In this document: piece after piece, positions 30,696 through 41,795 of the stretch
How positions within the stretch are numbered: position 1 is the stretch's first letter
How the letters are laid out: every line of letters starts with the position of its first letter
DNA from: a virus
Taxonomy: Duplodnaviria > Heunggongvirae > Uroviricota > Caudoviricetes
DNA: 64,000 nt
Virus record (IMG/VR): IMGVR_UViG_3300042894_001948
Strand: one strand, 5' to 3'
The notes under the pieces: generated by a model
Told to the model about the DNA's origin: nothing
The model's input: the letters and a program-made list of their open reading frames with translations, nothing else
The model's database searches: none
Position numbers and translations under genes: made by a program

Positions 30696-31778
30696 ATGGC
30701 GACAAAACCATTCGATTTAACAAAATTTAGAAAAACATTAACAAAAAGCATTGACGGATTGGGCGTAGGCTTTAACGATCCTACAGATTGGGTTGGCACA
30801 GGCAACTATGCACTTAACTATCTTATTAGTTCAGACTTCCATAAAGGCATTCCATTAGGTAAAGTAACTGTGTTTGCAGGCGAATCTGGTGCAGGCAAAA
30901 GTTATATTTGTTCAGGTAACATTGTTAAGAATGCACAAGAACAAGGAATATATGTAGTACTAATTGATTCAGAAAATGCACTTGACGAATCATGGCTACA
31001 CGCATTAGGTGTAGACACTACTGAAGAAAAACTTCTTAAACTTAATATGGCTATGATTGATGATGTAGCTAAAACTATTAGTGAGTTTATGAAAGAATAT
31101 AAAGCAATGGAAGACAAACCAAAAGTATTGTTTGTAGTTGATTCATTAGGTATGTTACTAACTCCAACTGATATTAATCAATTTGAAGCAGGTGATTTAA
31201 AAGGTGATATGGGTCGTAAACCTAAAGCACTTACTGCACTTGTTCGTAATTGCGTTAATATGTTTGGCAGTCACAATGTTGGATTAGTATGTACTAATCA
31301 CACGTATGCAAGTCAAGATATGTTTGATCCGGATGATAAAATATCAGGCGGACAGGGATTTGTTTATGCATCAAGCATTGTAGTAGCAATGAAAAAACTT
31401 AAACTAAAAGAAGATTTAGATGGTAACAAAGTTAGTGAAGTTAACGGTATTCGCGCATCATGCAAGATTATGAAAACTCGTTATGCTAAACCATTTGAAA
31501 CTTTGCAAATTAAAATCCCGTATACTACAGGTATGAATCCATTTAGTGGGTTAGTTGACTTATTTGAGAAAAAAGGTATGCTATCAAAAGATGGTAATAG
31601 ACTTAAATACGTGGCTACTGACGGTACTGAAATTAAACAATACCGTAAAGAGTGGGAAAGTAATGCTAACGGTGCTCTTGAAAGAGCAATGGCTGAATTT
31701 ACTGATCAACCGTTAATATCTAATGACATTGATGATATTGATGATGAATACGTCACGGAGGACGAAAATGTTGAATGA
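30696..31778 (+). CDS. uvsX: RecA-like recombinase UvsX
   Basis: AGESGAGKS, IDSENA, VVDSLG, NHTY, SGGQG. Confidence 0.95.
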   Translation: MATKPFDLTKFRKTLTKSIDGLGVGFNDPTDWVGTGNYALNYLISSDFHKGIPLGKVTVFAGESGAGKSYICSGNIVKNAQEQGIYVVLIDSENALDESWLHALGVDTTEEKLLKLNMAMIDDVAKTISEFMKEYKAMEDKPKVLFVVDSLGMLLTPTDINQFEAGDLKGDMGRKPKALTALVRNCVNMFGSHNVGLVCTNHTYASQDMFDPDDKISGGQGFVYASSIVVAMKKLKLKEDLDGNKVSEVNGIRASCKIMKTRYAKPFETLQIKIPYTTGMNPFSGLVDLFEKKGMLSKDGNRLKYVATDGTEIKQYRKEWESNANGALERAMAEFTDQPLISNDIDDIDDEYVTEDENVE

Positions 31779-32001
31779 AACACAAATTGCTGATGTATGG
31801 TTATTATTTGCAGACTACATTGATAAGAAACAAGCAGAAATTGCTGCTGAAAGATTTATTGAATTACTAGCAGATTTTGGTGCTAGTGATCGTACCTTCC
31901 AAGGTGCAACAGGTATCGATCCTGTTTTAGATCAAGCTATTACTTATTACTTAGAAGATAATAGCGATGACGACGATGATTATACAGATTTGGAGTTTTA
32001 A
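31768..32001 (+). CDS. Small acidic hypothetical protein
   Basis: GGAGG RBS; coupled between uvsX and uvsY. Confidence 0.7.
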   Translation: MLNETQIADVWLLFADYIDKKQAEIAAERFIELLADFGASDRTFQGATGIDPVLDQAITYYLEDNSDDDDDYTDLEF

Positions 32002-32456
32002 TGAGTTGGTATTCTACAATAGCTAACGACATAACAAAATTACATGATGGTATTGCATATTTTCAAACAGAATTGACAAGTGCTAGACAAGAGTGTAAAA
32101 TAGTAGGAAATGTAGAACGTGCGTCTGCAGCAATGCCAGGCATTGTAGAACATAGATATGGACAGCTTCAAGAAATTGAAGCTATCCTTGAGTTCCTTAA
32201 TATCGAACTTAAACGATTAAAGAGTTATCACTTTAGAAAATATTTAGAAACATACGCAAGAGCGTTAAGCAGTCGCGATTGTGAAAAATTTGTCGAAGGT
32301 GAAGATGATGTAATTGAGTACGAACAGATTATTAACGAATTTGCTTTACTAAGAAATCAATGGTTGGGTATTACAAAAGCCTTAGATCAAAAATCGTATG
32401 CATTAAGCAATATTATACGATTAAGATGTGCAGGTATGGAAGACGCAACAATTTAA
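32001..32456 (+). CDS. uvsY: Recombination mediator UvsY-like
   Basis: Helical; YxRALSSRD..KFVEGE...LRCAGMED; context. Confidence 0.75.
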   Translation: MSWYSTIANDITKLHDGIAYFQTELTSARQECKIVGNVERASAAMPGIVEHRYGQLQEIEAILEFLNIELKRLKSYHFRKYLETYARALSSRDCEKFVEGEDDVIEYEQIINEFALLRNQWLGITKALDQKSYALSNIIRLRCAGMEDATI

Positions 32457-32504
32457 TTAATATGACGGGCTTAGTGCCCGTCACTACTATAAGGTGTATA
32501 ACAC

Positions 32505-33728
32505 ATGACTACGATTGACAGCTTGCTTCATTTTGTATTTCTTGAAGCAATGACTACAACTCCCCCTTTCTCGTCAAGAGATAATAAAACATTGCGAAGC
32601 TTACATACTGCAATGCAGTCCACTACATATATTACTGAAAAACAAGGTACGCTGTTACTTGCAATTTTAAGTAATCAATTATACACGCCATTTATGTTAT
32701 TAGCTAACGCTGATTACAAAGAATACTTAGATAATCCGCAATGGCAACACCCGTTTCGTGTACTTCCAGATGTTAAGAAGATATACCATATTCCGGCTGG
32801 CTCAACTGCTATTCCGGAATACAATGGGTTACGTGATAACTATACAGGAGTAATTGCAATTGAATTTACATTCTCATCTACTATACGTAATCACCTAAAA
32901 CCGCTATCATCTGTAATTCATCAAGTAAGATCTGGGTCGTTTTATATTGCAGATTACACAGAACAAAATTTATACACTGTAATGAAAAACTTAGAACAAT
33001 ATAACTTTGAAGTTTCTCCCGAGTTACAAGCAGTATACAATACTATTATTACGTGGGATAACGCAAATATAGCAAGCCAGTTCTTACTCGAAAATATTAA
33101 TTTTCCAATGTTTAAACATGCAATTGATAATGATTTAGGTGATAATATCGATTTAAACGACTTATTAATTAAAGACCGTAAACATCGATATCAATACACT
33201 AACCATGTTGCGTGTAATAATAATACATTAACGGAAACTATTGCTAATCGTACTAAAACAAAAATATGGATTGATAGTAATACACATACACTATCTAATG
33301 TTGTTAAGTCATTAGTTGAATTAAAAAGGTTGCCGATGTTAGTAGTGTTTGATCAAACCACTCCGTTAATAACAATTACTCAGTTTAATGAATTGTCAAC
33401 TGCGTTAACTAAAAATGGAATTACAGATAACATTGGTATCTATTTTAGATTAGACAATACGCCTGATGGCAAAATATTTAATGACGGAATTGCAAATAGA
33501 AAGTATAATAGTATGCTAGATGATTCAACAGCTGTTGCAGGTGTGCTAGGCGGTAAACTACCAAAGTTCTTTCTTAAAACAGGATGGAAACCAATGAGCG
33601 TACTTTGCATTAAAAACACATTGCGCCAAAGTAAAACGGCAGTATATGCAACGTGTAGTGATTTAATTATTACATATACTCCAACAGAACCAATAATTGA
33701 AACGAGGAACATATGGGAGTTAAATTAG
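32505..33728 (+). CDS. Hypothetical protein
   Basis: 407-aa ORF with RBS. Confidence 0.7.
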   Translation: MTTIDSLLHFVFLEAMTTTPPFSSRDNKTLRSLHTAMQSTTYITEKQGTLLLAILSNQLYTPFMLLANADYKEYLDNPQWQHPFRVLPDVKKIYHIPAGSTAIPEYNGLRDNYTGVIAIEFTFSSTIRNHLKPLSSVIHQVRSGSFYIADYTEQNLYTVMKNLEQYNFEVSPELQAVYNTIITWDNANIASQFLLENINFPMFKHAIDNDLGDNIDLNDLLIKDRKHRYQYTNHVACNNNTLTETIANRTKTKIWIDSNTHTLSNVVKSLVELKRLPMLVVFDQTTPLITITQFNELSTALTKNGITDNIGIYFRLDNTPDGKIFNDGIANRKYNSMLDDSTAVAGVLGGKLPKFFLKTGWKPMSVLCIKNTLRQSKTAVYATCSDLIITYTPTEPIIETRNIWELN

Positions 33729-35176
33729 TCATAAAAGACGAAGTTAATATTAAATTTGATCATTTACCATTAGACGTGCGTAAGAAATTAGTAAACGCAT
33801 TTAAGTACGAAGTACCGTATGCTAGATATCAACCTGCCTTTAAGTTAGGCAGGTGGGACGGTACAGTAAGTCTATTTGGGTTAGGTGGGACAGGATATTT
33901 AAATAATTTAGAATCTATCTTAGCAATAATGAATAAATGCGGTGTTGAGATAGATGAAATAGAAGACCTGCGAAATCATTATAAGTTAGAGTTTATACCA
34001 GTTACAGAAACATATTGGGCAGATCAAGGTAAGGTATGGCCAGTAGGACATGCTCAAGAAGGACAACCAATTATGTTACGTGACTATCAAGTTGACGCCA
34101 TTAATAAATTCTTAGAGCAAACACAAGCATTGCAAGAGATTGCAACTGGTGCAGGTAAAACAATTACAACAGCAACACTAGCACACATATGCGAACCGCA
34201 TGGCCGTACAATTGTTATTGTTCCAAATAAGAGTTTAGTAGAACAAACACATGAAGACTTTGTAAGCGTTGGGTTAGATGTTGGTATGTACTATGGCGAT
34301 AAAAAAGATATAAACAAAACTCATACAATATGCACATGGCAAAGTCTTAACATACTAGACAAGAAAAGTAAAAATCACGAACACGATATTATATCATTAG
34401 CAGAATTTTTAGATGGTGTAACTGCTGTAATTGTTGACGAAGTGCATATGGCAAAGGCAGATGTACTAAAAAATTTACTTACGCATAATTTATGTAATGC
34501 ACCGATTCGTTGGGGGTTAACAGGTACTGTACCTAAAGAAAAGTTTGAATACGAACAAATATTTGCAAGTATTGGACCAGTAATAGGAGGTATCAAAGCA
34601 TACGAGTTACAAGAAGCAGGCGTGTTATCAGACTGCCATGTAAAAGTATTACAGCTAATTGATTTAAAAGAGTTTAGGGCATATTCGGATGAGATAACAT
34701 ATCAAGTTACAAATGAAGACCGTATGAGATTTATTAGCGATCAAATTAAAGAAATTGCAGAAACGGGTAACACATTAGTGTTAGTTGGTCGTATCGAAAG
34801 CGGCAAGATATTAATCGAAAATATTCCAGATGCTGTATTTGTATCAGGTAATGTAAAAACAAAAGATAGAAAAACAGAATACGACGAAATTAAAACATCG
34901 ACAAATAAAATTATTGTAGCAACTTATGGTGTAGCAGCAGTTGGTATTAATATTCCACGTATTTTTAATTTAGTGTTAATCGAATCAGGTAAAAGTTTTA
35001 CAAGGGTTATACAAAGTATAGGTAGAGGAATTAGAAAAGCACACGATAAAGACTTTGTGCAAATTTATGACATTACAAGTACGTGTAAGTATGCTAAAAG
35101 ACATCTTGCAGAAAGAAAAAAGTTCTATAAAGATGCAAAATATAAATTTGAAATTAATAAGGTAGATTGGAAATGA
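33713..35176 (+). CDS. uvsW: SF2 helicase UvsW
   Basis: LRDYQ, ATGAGKT, VDEVH, GLTGT, QSIGRGIR. Confidence 0.95.
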   Translation: MGVKLVIKDEVNIKFDHLPLDVRKKLVNAFKYEVPYARYQPAFKLGRWDGTVSLFGLGGTGYLNNLESILAIMNKCGVEIDEIEDLRNHYKLEFIPVTETYWADQGKVWPVGHAQEGQPIMLRDYQVDAINKFLEQTQALQEIATGAGKTITTATLAHICEPHGRTIVIVPNKSLVEQTHEDFVSVGLDVGMYYGDKKDINKTHTICTWQSLNILDKKSKNHEHDIISLAEFLDGVTAVIVDEVHMAKADVLKNLLTHNLCNAPIRWGLTGTVPKEKFEYEQIFASIGPVIGGIKAYELQEAGVLSDCHVKVLQLIDLKEFRAYSDEITYQVTNEDRMRFISDQIKEIAETGNTLVLVGRIESGKILIENIPDAVFVSGNVKTKDRKTEYDEIKTSTNKIIVATYGVAAVGINIPRIFNLVLIESGKSFTRVIQSIGRGIRKAHDKDFVQIYDITSTCKYAKRHLAERKKFYKDAKYKFEINKVDWK

Positions 35177-35679
35177 ATATATTAACAGTTAACAATGAGT
35201 GGTTTTCGCTCAATAGTCTGCCAGATGAAGTCGACGATAGTATGCGATTTGGTGTGTTAGACAATAGTAATCCGCAAGATCCGGATTTTTTCTTTTCACC
35301 ATTAATATATTTAGAATCATTTAATGCACCTGCAATGGTATTAAAAATAGGCGATAGTGAAGTTACTATGCCAATTGATTGGTGTATTGCAGTGGGCGAC
35401 AGTAGTAGTGCAACACATATTGAAATATTACCATTAACTAGCTTAAATGATAGAGGTTTTGATGCATTAATTTTTAATCCAATATCTGATTTTAGAATTG
35501 AATTTATGAAAATAGAAATAGTAAATTTTTATAATGATGTTAAATGGTATTTTCCTAAAATGAAAATAGGCCATTTATTAGCAACACCAATAAGACAACA
35601 ATACAAACCACCATGTGCATATTTTGTAAAAGAAGTTTCAAGAAACAGTGAATTAATCCATTTAGACAAATTATTATAG
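35173..35679 (+). CDS. Hypothetical protein
   Basis: ATGA-type overlap with uvsW. Confidence 0.7.
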   Translation: MNILTVNNEWFSLNSLPDEVDDSMRFGVLDNSNPQDPDFFFSPLIYLESFNAPAMVLKIGDSEVTMPIDWCIAVGDSSSATHIEILPLTSLNDRGFDALIFNPISDFRIEFMKIEIVNFYNDVKWYFPKMKIGHLLATPIRQQYKPPCAYFVKEVSRNSELIHLDKLL

Positions 35680-35687
35680 GAAAAATT

Positions 35688-36326
35688 ATGGCATTTAAAG
35701 TAGCATACTTTACACCAACAGTTATTGCAGCAGATCAAGTACCACCTGTTGAATTTAGTAAATTATTTAACTTAGCAGAAGAGTTGCATAGTCATTCAGA
35801 ATTACACGAAAGTGATAATCCATTTGTTAGTGTACGCGGAGGACAACATATTCAGATATACCCTGCAAGAGTTGAATTAGATGTATCATGGTTAACAACA
35901 TGGTTAGAAAAAGTTGCACAAGATTATATGGATATTGTAATAGACCAATCTGGTACTCAAGATCTTAAATTATGTAAACCGGTAATTACTAATGTGTGGA
36001 CTACTAGACAATACGAAGGCGATTATCACGAAATGCATACCCATTTAGGCAGCAATATTAGCGGAAATATATATATTAGTGCGCCTGATTTATCATCAAC
36101 AAGCAATGCATCAGATGGGAAATTTGTATTAAAATTACCACAAACAAAAGATATCTCTAGATTTGTTATGCACGATGCATGGCAAACAGAACCATCGCCT
36201 GGAACGTTTGTAGTGTTTCCAAGTTGTTTATCACACACTGTATATCCATGGACCGGTGATGGTCATAGAACAGTTGTATCGTTTGAGGCATCACTTACTC
36301 CAATTAAAGACGAGGATACAGAATGA
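35688..36326 (+). CDS. 2OG-Fe(II) oxygenase
   Basis: HEMHTH, SGNIYI, VFPSxLxHxVxP, RTVVSF. Confidence 0.85.
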   Translation: MAFKVAYFTPTVIAADQVPPVEFSKLFNLAEELHSHSELHESDNPFVSVRGGQHIQIYPARVELDVSWLTTWLEKVAQDYMDIVIDQSGTQDLKLCKPVITNVWTTRQYEGDYHEMHTHLGSNISGNIYISAPDLSSTSNASDGKFVLKLPQTKDISRFVMHDAWQTEPSPGTFVVFPSCLSHTVYPWTGDGHRTVVSFEASLTPIKDEDTE

Positions 36327-36820
36327 GCAAAGAAGAATTAAGCGAAAAGGTAGAATTAAAACAAAAGATTAATGCAGTTGATTTAGGCCTTAATGACTTA
36401 TGGGATATGCTTGACGAAAGTAACCAAAAAGCACTTAAAGGCGAATTGTTTATTTTAAATCGATATATTAGTAATGTTAAAGGTCAATCTCGAGAAATAA
36501 AAGAACATTACGTTGAATCAGTAAATGGTTGTTATAATAGATACTGGTTTGATTTACAAAAACACCCTAAGCTATTATGGATGTTACTATGTATGTGTTC
36601 GTATGATAAAGAACAAACATTCTTTCACGAATGGATTGGATTTAAGAAAAAAGGTAATGTTGATAATAAAAAAGTTGCATTCTTATCTGAATTGCATCCT
36701 AGTATGAAAATGAAAGAAGTTGAGATGCTTGCATCATTAACAACAGATAAAGAATTAGTCAACCTTGCTAAAGAATACGGGTTTGATGATAAAGAAATTA
36801 AAAAGAAATTGAAAAAATGA
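36323..36820 (+). CDS. Hypothetical protein, possibly clamp-loader small subunit-like
   Basis: FILNRYIS...KHPKL...WI pattern weakly resembles T4 gp62. Confidence 0.4.
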   Translation: MSKEELSEKVELKQKINAVDLGLNDLWDMLDESNQKALKGELFILNRYISNVKGQSREIKEHYVESVNGCYNRYWFDLQKHPKLLWMLLCMCSYDKEQTFFHEWIGFKKKGNVDNKKVAFLSELHPSMKMKEVEMLASLTTDKELVNLAKEYGFDDKEIKKKLKK

Positions 36821-37509
36821 ATCTAGCAACTTCCAAACCATTCCAATGTCAATACTGCAACAGTAAATTTGTAAAAGAATCTACGCTTGCAGTACATGTC
36901 TGCGAGCCAAAACGTAGAGCATTAGCACAACGAGATAAGCACGTAGTATTAGGGTTTGAAACGTATAACACATTTTATCAAAAAACACAAAACTTCCATG
37001 GTAAGAAAACATATGATGACTTTTGTAAAAGCCCATATTACAATGCATTTGTTAAGTTTGGAAGTTTTGTTAGTAACGTAAAACCATTGTATCCTGATAA
37101 GTTTATAACTTATGTAGTTACTAGTGGAGTTAAATTAGATCATTGGTGTAGAGATGATCTATACGACAAATACGTTGTAGACTTAATTAGAACAGAATCT
37201 GTAGAAACTGCATTAGAACGTAGTATTACTCACATGTTAGCGTGGAGTGATGCTAATAATTCACAATGGAATCATTATTTCTCATACGTAAGTTTAAATA
37301 GAGCAATGTACGATATTAAAGATGGTAAGATTAGTCCGTGGATTGTATTAAATTCTAATCAAGGCAAGCTAATGATAAAACGTTTTAATGACGAACAGCT
37401 TGCAGCAGTGAGTAATGTGTTAGATATACCATTTTGGTTTACTAAGTTTAAACATTTGCCACACGATGTAGAGCTTGTAAAGACTGTGGTTACAGAGAGT
37501 AATCTATGA
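36817..37509 (+). CDS. Zinc-finger-containing hypothetical protein
   Basis: FQCQYCNSKF...LAVHVC at the N-terminus. Confidence 0.65.
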   Translation: MNLATSKPFQCQYCNSKFVKESTLAVHVCEPKRRALAQRDKHVVLGFETYNTFYQKTQNFHGKKTYDDFCKSPYYNAFVKFGSFVSNVKPLYPDKFITYVVTSGVKLDHWCRDDLYDKYVVDLIRTESVETALERSITHMLAWSDANNSQWNHYFSYVSLNRAMYDIKDGKISPWIVLNSNQGKLMIKRFNDEQLAAVSNVLDIPFWFTKFKHLPHDVELVKTVVTESNL

Positions 37510-37563
37510 ACATAAATATTGAGGTTGTAATAAAACCGCTTTATAATTGGAGGTTCTTCACAT

Positions 37564-38136
37564 ATGCCAGACATTGATTTAGATTTCTTTGACAGATCAA
37601 CTGCGTTATCAAAGATCAAACATGTCACGGCAGCCATTAGAAACGAAAACGCTTTTAAGAAACATAACACCGGCATTTATTGTCAAAGTATTCCGCATAA
37701 TCCTATCTCAGGAGTGAGTACAATTGACTATAAAGAAGCCGAGGATAGGGGTTATTTTAAGATTGATTTTTTAAATGTTAGCATATACAAAGACATTAAA
37801 GATAATGATCATTTACTACACTTAATGGGAATTGAACCAATATGGGAACTACTACTTCAAGAAGATTTTGTAAATCTACTATTTCATATAAACGGGCACA
37901 CAGATATTCTGAAACAGATGCAGCCGACTTCGGTGGAACAATTAGCTGCAGTCCTAGCTATGATAAGACCGGCGAAACGTTATTTGATTGGGAAAGAATG
38001 GACTACGGTGATGAACGAAATATGGGGACACACCGACGCTGACACCGGTTATGCATTTCGTAAATCTCATGCAATAGCGTATGCTATGGCAATTATTGTA
38101 CAAATGAATTTAATATGTGATCAGGTTAACGGGTAG
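37564..38136 (+). CDS. dnaE: Minimal DNA polymerase III alpha (DnaE)-like protein
   Basis: PDIDLDF, KHNTG, FKIDFL, IRP and GYAFRKSHAIAYA motifs within 190 aa. Confidence 0.85.
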   Translation: MPDIDLDFFDRSTALSKIKHVTAAIRNENAFKKHNTGIYCQSIPHNPISGVSTIDYKEAEDRGYFKIDFLNVSIYKDIKDNDHLLHLMGIEPIWELLLQEDFVNLLFHINGHTDILKQMQPTSVEQLAAVLAMIRPAKRYLIGKEWTTVMNEIWGHTDADTGYAFRKSHAIAYAMAIIVQMNLICDQVNG

Positions 38137-38503
38137 GTTTTCGGACGAGTTGGACAGATTTTCGTTTAACTCGTTTAACTGTTAGGTTCATTAAATTAAC
38201 TACTGGACCTAATATAATGCGGGTATCTTTACTATTGAATGTTTTAATAGCATACGCAAACGGTCGTATTTCCTCTCTACAAAAAATAGAAATTGGAAAT
38301 TGTCGATTTGATTCCCACCACCATATCTCTCCTATTTCTAAAAAAGAAGCTTTGCCTTCAGCAGTCTGAATTGCATTTAAATCGTAAAAACTAGTTACAT
38401 ACTGATCTTGGTTAATGATTATACCAACATACTCGTCGCTTCCGTAGTTTAATACGCTAATAAATGGTAAATTTTGTTCTATGTTATCTCTTAAGTTTGC
38501 CAT
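38126..38503 (-). CDS. Hypothetical protein
   Basis: 125-aa ORF, WWWESNR motif. Confidence 0.7.
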   Translation of the reverse strand: MANLRDNIEQNLPFISVLNYGSDEYVGIIINQDQYVTSFYDLNAIQTAEGKASFLEIGEIWWWESNRQFPISIFCREEIRPFAYAIKTFNSKDTRIILGPVVNLMNLTVKRVKRKSVQLVRKPTR

Positions 38504-38527
38504 AAATATATATAAAGGATATTGCCA

Positions 38528-39334
38528 ATGCAAAAAATATCAAGCTATTTATACCCAAACCGAGTCGAGCTTATTGCTGATCTGGTTGGGTTCACAGTGG
38601 AGTTTACATCAGTGTATCAAAGAAACGTAAAAATTTATAATGGTATTGACAATACCATTGAGTTCGACATTAAAAATGCAGATCAAAAACGAATTGATTT
38701 AACTACAGTAAGTGTTATCTCATTAAACGTAATGGATGCATCCGGTAATGAATTACCTAACAGTCCGTATGTCATTAACCCTATTCCTGCAAAAAAAGGA
38801 ATAGGATATACTACTATTCCGCAAGCTGACTTAGATGAGTTAACTCCTCAGTTTCTAAAATATAGCGTTACTGCAGTTAAAGACGGTAGAGATGTTATGA
38901 TGTATGCTGATACAAAATTTGGAGCTGTAGGTACTATTGAGTTAATAGGTAATGCTATGCCTACATTCCGCGATGATAGAATATACAAAACATTTACCGG
39001 TGAAATTGATTTTATGGGGAATGTTGTATATCACACTAGTTCTATCCCTGCTACATTTTACGAATCAGTACCTACAACACAACTGTCATTTGAAATTGCA
39101 ATATCAGGATTTGTTGGAAAGATATGGCTAGAAGGAACTACTGCATCAACCATTAGTGTTAATTCGTACTTACACGCACAACAACTTGCATCACAATCTA
39201 TATTGTTAGCAAGATCAACTCCTGTTATTTTTAATAACATTGATGTTGCATATTTTAAATACTTTAGAATATTGTATCAAGGAAATCATCCTATCAACCC
39301 AACCGGTAAGGTTGACAAAGTTACTGTTTCATAG
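38528..39334 (+). CDS. Putative virion structural protein
   Basis: Beta-rich; late-promoter-like CATAAATA upstream. Confidence 0.55.
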   Translation: MQKISSYLYPNRVELIADLVGFTVEFTSVYQRNVKIYNGIDNTIEFDIKNADQKRIDLTTVSVISLNVMDASGNELPNSPYVINPIPAKKGIGYTTIPQADLDELTPQFLKYSVTAVKDGRDVMMYADTKFGAVGTIELIGNAMPTFRDDRIYKTFTGEIDFMGNVVYHTSSIPATFYESVPTTQLSFEIAISGFVGKIWLEGTTASTISVNSYLHAQQLASQSILLARSTPVIFNNIDVAYFKYFRILYQGNHPINPTGKVDKVTVS

Positions 39335-39340
39335 TATAAT
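39312..39340 (+). promoter_or_regulatory. Sigma70-type promoter for primase/helicase
   Basis: TTGACA-17 bp-TATAAT. Confidence 0.85.
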
Positions 39341-39367
39341 ACAACTTTAAACTAACACATACCTATC

Positions 39368-40351
39368 ATGAACCTTATTACAGATACATTACGAATGTAC
39401 TGGACTACTGGTAGGCGAACTAAGACAACTCCAAGTGGATGGATAACTGGCAACGCTCCTTGTTGCCAGGATACCCGCCAACGTGGTGGATTTATCATTA
39501 ATGACGGTGACGCCGTAACATTTCACTGTTTTAATTGTAGCTTTAAGGCTAGTTGGCAACCAGGTCGGCACATTAGTAAAAATATGAAATCACTTATGCT
39601 TTACTTAAACATGAGTGACAGCGAAATTAGTAAACTTACATTAGAAGCATTCCGTCTAGAATCATCAGAAACTTATGTGATGAAAACAATGATGCCTACA
39701 TTTGAGTTAAGAGCTATGCCAATTGACGCAAAACCTATTACCTCATATTTAGATAATATACCTAATAAACTAATGCCAGTATTAGAATATCTTGCTAAAA
39801 GAAATTTGTACTTAGAAGATTACCCGTTTTACTGGACTCCTAAAACTGGGTTTAATGATAGACTTATTATTCCATTCTTTTATGAAAAACGTATTGTAGG
39901 CTACACTGGCAGACTTATAAATCCTAGCAGTAAACTACCAAGATACTTGTCAGAACAACAACCGGATTACGTATTTAATTTAGATAGTCAAACACACGAC
40001 CGTGCATTTGTTATTGTATGCGAAGGTCCATTTGATGCAATTAGCATTGGCGGCTGTGCTATACTAGGATCACAGATAAAAGAAAAACAAGACTGGCTGC
40101 TAAAGAGATTAAACAAAGAAATTATATTAGTACCAGATAAGGACCACGAAGGACCTAAAACTGTAGAACAAGCAATAGATTATGGATGGTCTGTTAGTAT
40201 GCCGGATTGGCCAGACGGCATTAAAGATGTTAACGATGCAGTCATTAAGATAGGAAGGTTAGCTACGCTCTGGCTAATTATCAATGCAAAACAGTCTTAT
40301 TCACTTAAGATTAGATTAAGAGCAAAGCAATTTTTTAAGGACATTAAATGA
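39368..40351 (+). CDS. gp61: DNA primase, T4 gp61-like
   Basis: Zn ribbon PCC...HCFNC; TOPRIM EGPFDA, PDKD, KDVND. Confidence 0.9.
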   Translation: MNLITDTLRMYWTTGRRTKTTPSGWITGNAPCCQDTRQRGGFIINDGDAVTFHCFNCSFKASWQPGRHISKNMKSLMLYLNMSDSEISKLTLEAFRLESSETYVMKTMMPTFELRAMPIDAKPITSYLDNIPNKLMPVLEYLAKRNLYLEDYPFYWTPKTGFNDRLIIPFFYEKRIVGYTGRLINPSSKLPRYLSEQQPDYVFNLDSQTHDRAFVIVCEGPFDAISIGGCAILGSQIKEKQDWLLKRLNKEIILVPDKDHEGPKTVEQAIDYGWSVSMPDWPDGIKDVNDAVIKIGRLATLWLIINAKQSYSLKIRLRAKQFFKDIK

Positions 40352-41760
40352 AACAAAACGTAGACTATGGATATGATATACAGAAGTTATATTTAGAAAT
40401 GATGATAAGTGACGCAGCTACGTTTGTTAGGTGTCAGTCAATATTTGATCATTCATTATTTGATCGCAAGTTACAAAAGTCTGCAGAATTTATAAATGAA
40501 TACGTTGAAGAACATAATGTAATGCCAACATTTGATATTATCAATGCAGCTACACAGAGCGAATTTAAAGATGTAGAAGGACTCAAAGAAGAACATTACG
40601 ATTGGCTATTAGTGGACTTTGAAACATTTATTAGACACAAAGGTCTTGAAAGAGCTATTAACGAATCAGCCGACTTACTTGAAAAAGGTGAATATGGCCC
40701 AGTAGAAGAAAAGATTAAGAAAGCAGTACAAATCGGTTTACAAAAAGATTTAGGTACTGATTACTTTGCTAATCCACGTGAACGACTTATGAAGATTAAA
40801 GATAAGAACGGACAGGTATCTACTGGTTGGAAAAACATGGACGATAAACTCTTTGGTGGCATGAATAGGGGCGAACTTAATATTTTTGCAGGCGGATCAG
40901 GTGCTGGTAAAAGTTTATTCTTAGCTAACTTAGGTGTTAACTGGGCACTAGCAGGATATAATGTAGTGTACTTAACATTAGAACTTAGTGAAGAACTTGT
41001 ATCAATGCGTGTAGATAGTATGATAACAGGTATCTCAACTAGAGAAATATTTAAAAACATCGAAGATGTAGAACTTAAAGTTAAAATGATTGGTAAGAAG
41101 TCCGGATCATTACAAGTAAAATATATGCCATCCGGCAAGACAGCAAACGATATTAGATCATACTTAAAAGAATACGAAATTAAAACAGATAGAAAAGTCG
41201 ACGTACTACTAGTAGATTATTTGGACTTGCTAATGCCAATGAGTAAAAAGATTAGCCCAGCAGATTTATATATTAAAGACAAATATGTAAGTGAGGAATT
41301 AAGAAATTTGGCGGTAGAAAAGAACTGTGTATTTGTAACTGCAGCACAGCTTAATAGAGGTGCAGTAGAAGAAGTAGAGTTTGACCATAGTCATATCTCA
41401 GGCGGATTAAGTAAAATTCAAACTGCTGATAATGTGTTTGGTATCTTTACAAGTAGAGCAATGCGTGAGCGTGGTAGATATCAAATTCAGCTTATGAAAA
41501 CACGTAGTAGTTCCGGCGTTGGTATGAAGATTGACTTAGGGTATGATATTGATACATTACGCATTACAGATATAGATGAAGAACAAGGCTACGGTAGTGC
41601 AAATACACCATCTGCAGGAAATGCATTACTAAATTCAATTAAGGCACGTAATACTACCGTAGATCCACAAGATGGCAAACCTGTAGCAAAAGTTAATGCT
41701 AGTATACAAAGCACAGCACTTAGAGACCTGATAAACAATTTAGATACAGACGATTTTTAG
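40348..41760 (+). CDS. gp41: Replicative DnaB-like helicase, T4 gp41-like
   Basis: GGSGAGKS, TLELSE, VDYLDL, AAQLNR, KTR. Confidence 0.95.
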   Translation: MKQNVDYGYDIQKLYLEMMISDAATFVRCQSIFDHSLFDRKLQKSAEFINEYVEEHNVMPTFDIINAATQSEFKDVEGLKEEHYDWLLVDFETFIRHKGLERAINESADLLEKGEYGPVEEKIKKAVQIGLQKDLGTDYFANPRERLMKIKDKNGQVSTGWKNMDDKLFGGMNRGELNIFAGGSGAGKSLFLANLGVNWALAGYNVVYLTLELSEELVSMRVDSMITGISTREIFKNIEDVELKVKMIGKKSGSLQVKYMPSGKTANDIRSYLKEYEIKTDRKVDVLLVDYLDLLMPMSKKISPADLYIKDKYVSEELRNLAVEKNCVFVTAAQLNRGAVEEVEFDHSHISGGLSKIQTADNVFGIFTSRAMRERGRYQIQLMKTRSSSGVGMKIDLGYDIDTLRITDIDEEQGYGSANTPSAGNALLNSIKARNTTVDPQDGKPVAKVNASIQSTALRDLINNLDTDDF

Positions 41761-41795
41761 CATAAATACTAGAAATTATATTTAAAGGATTTACA

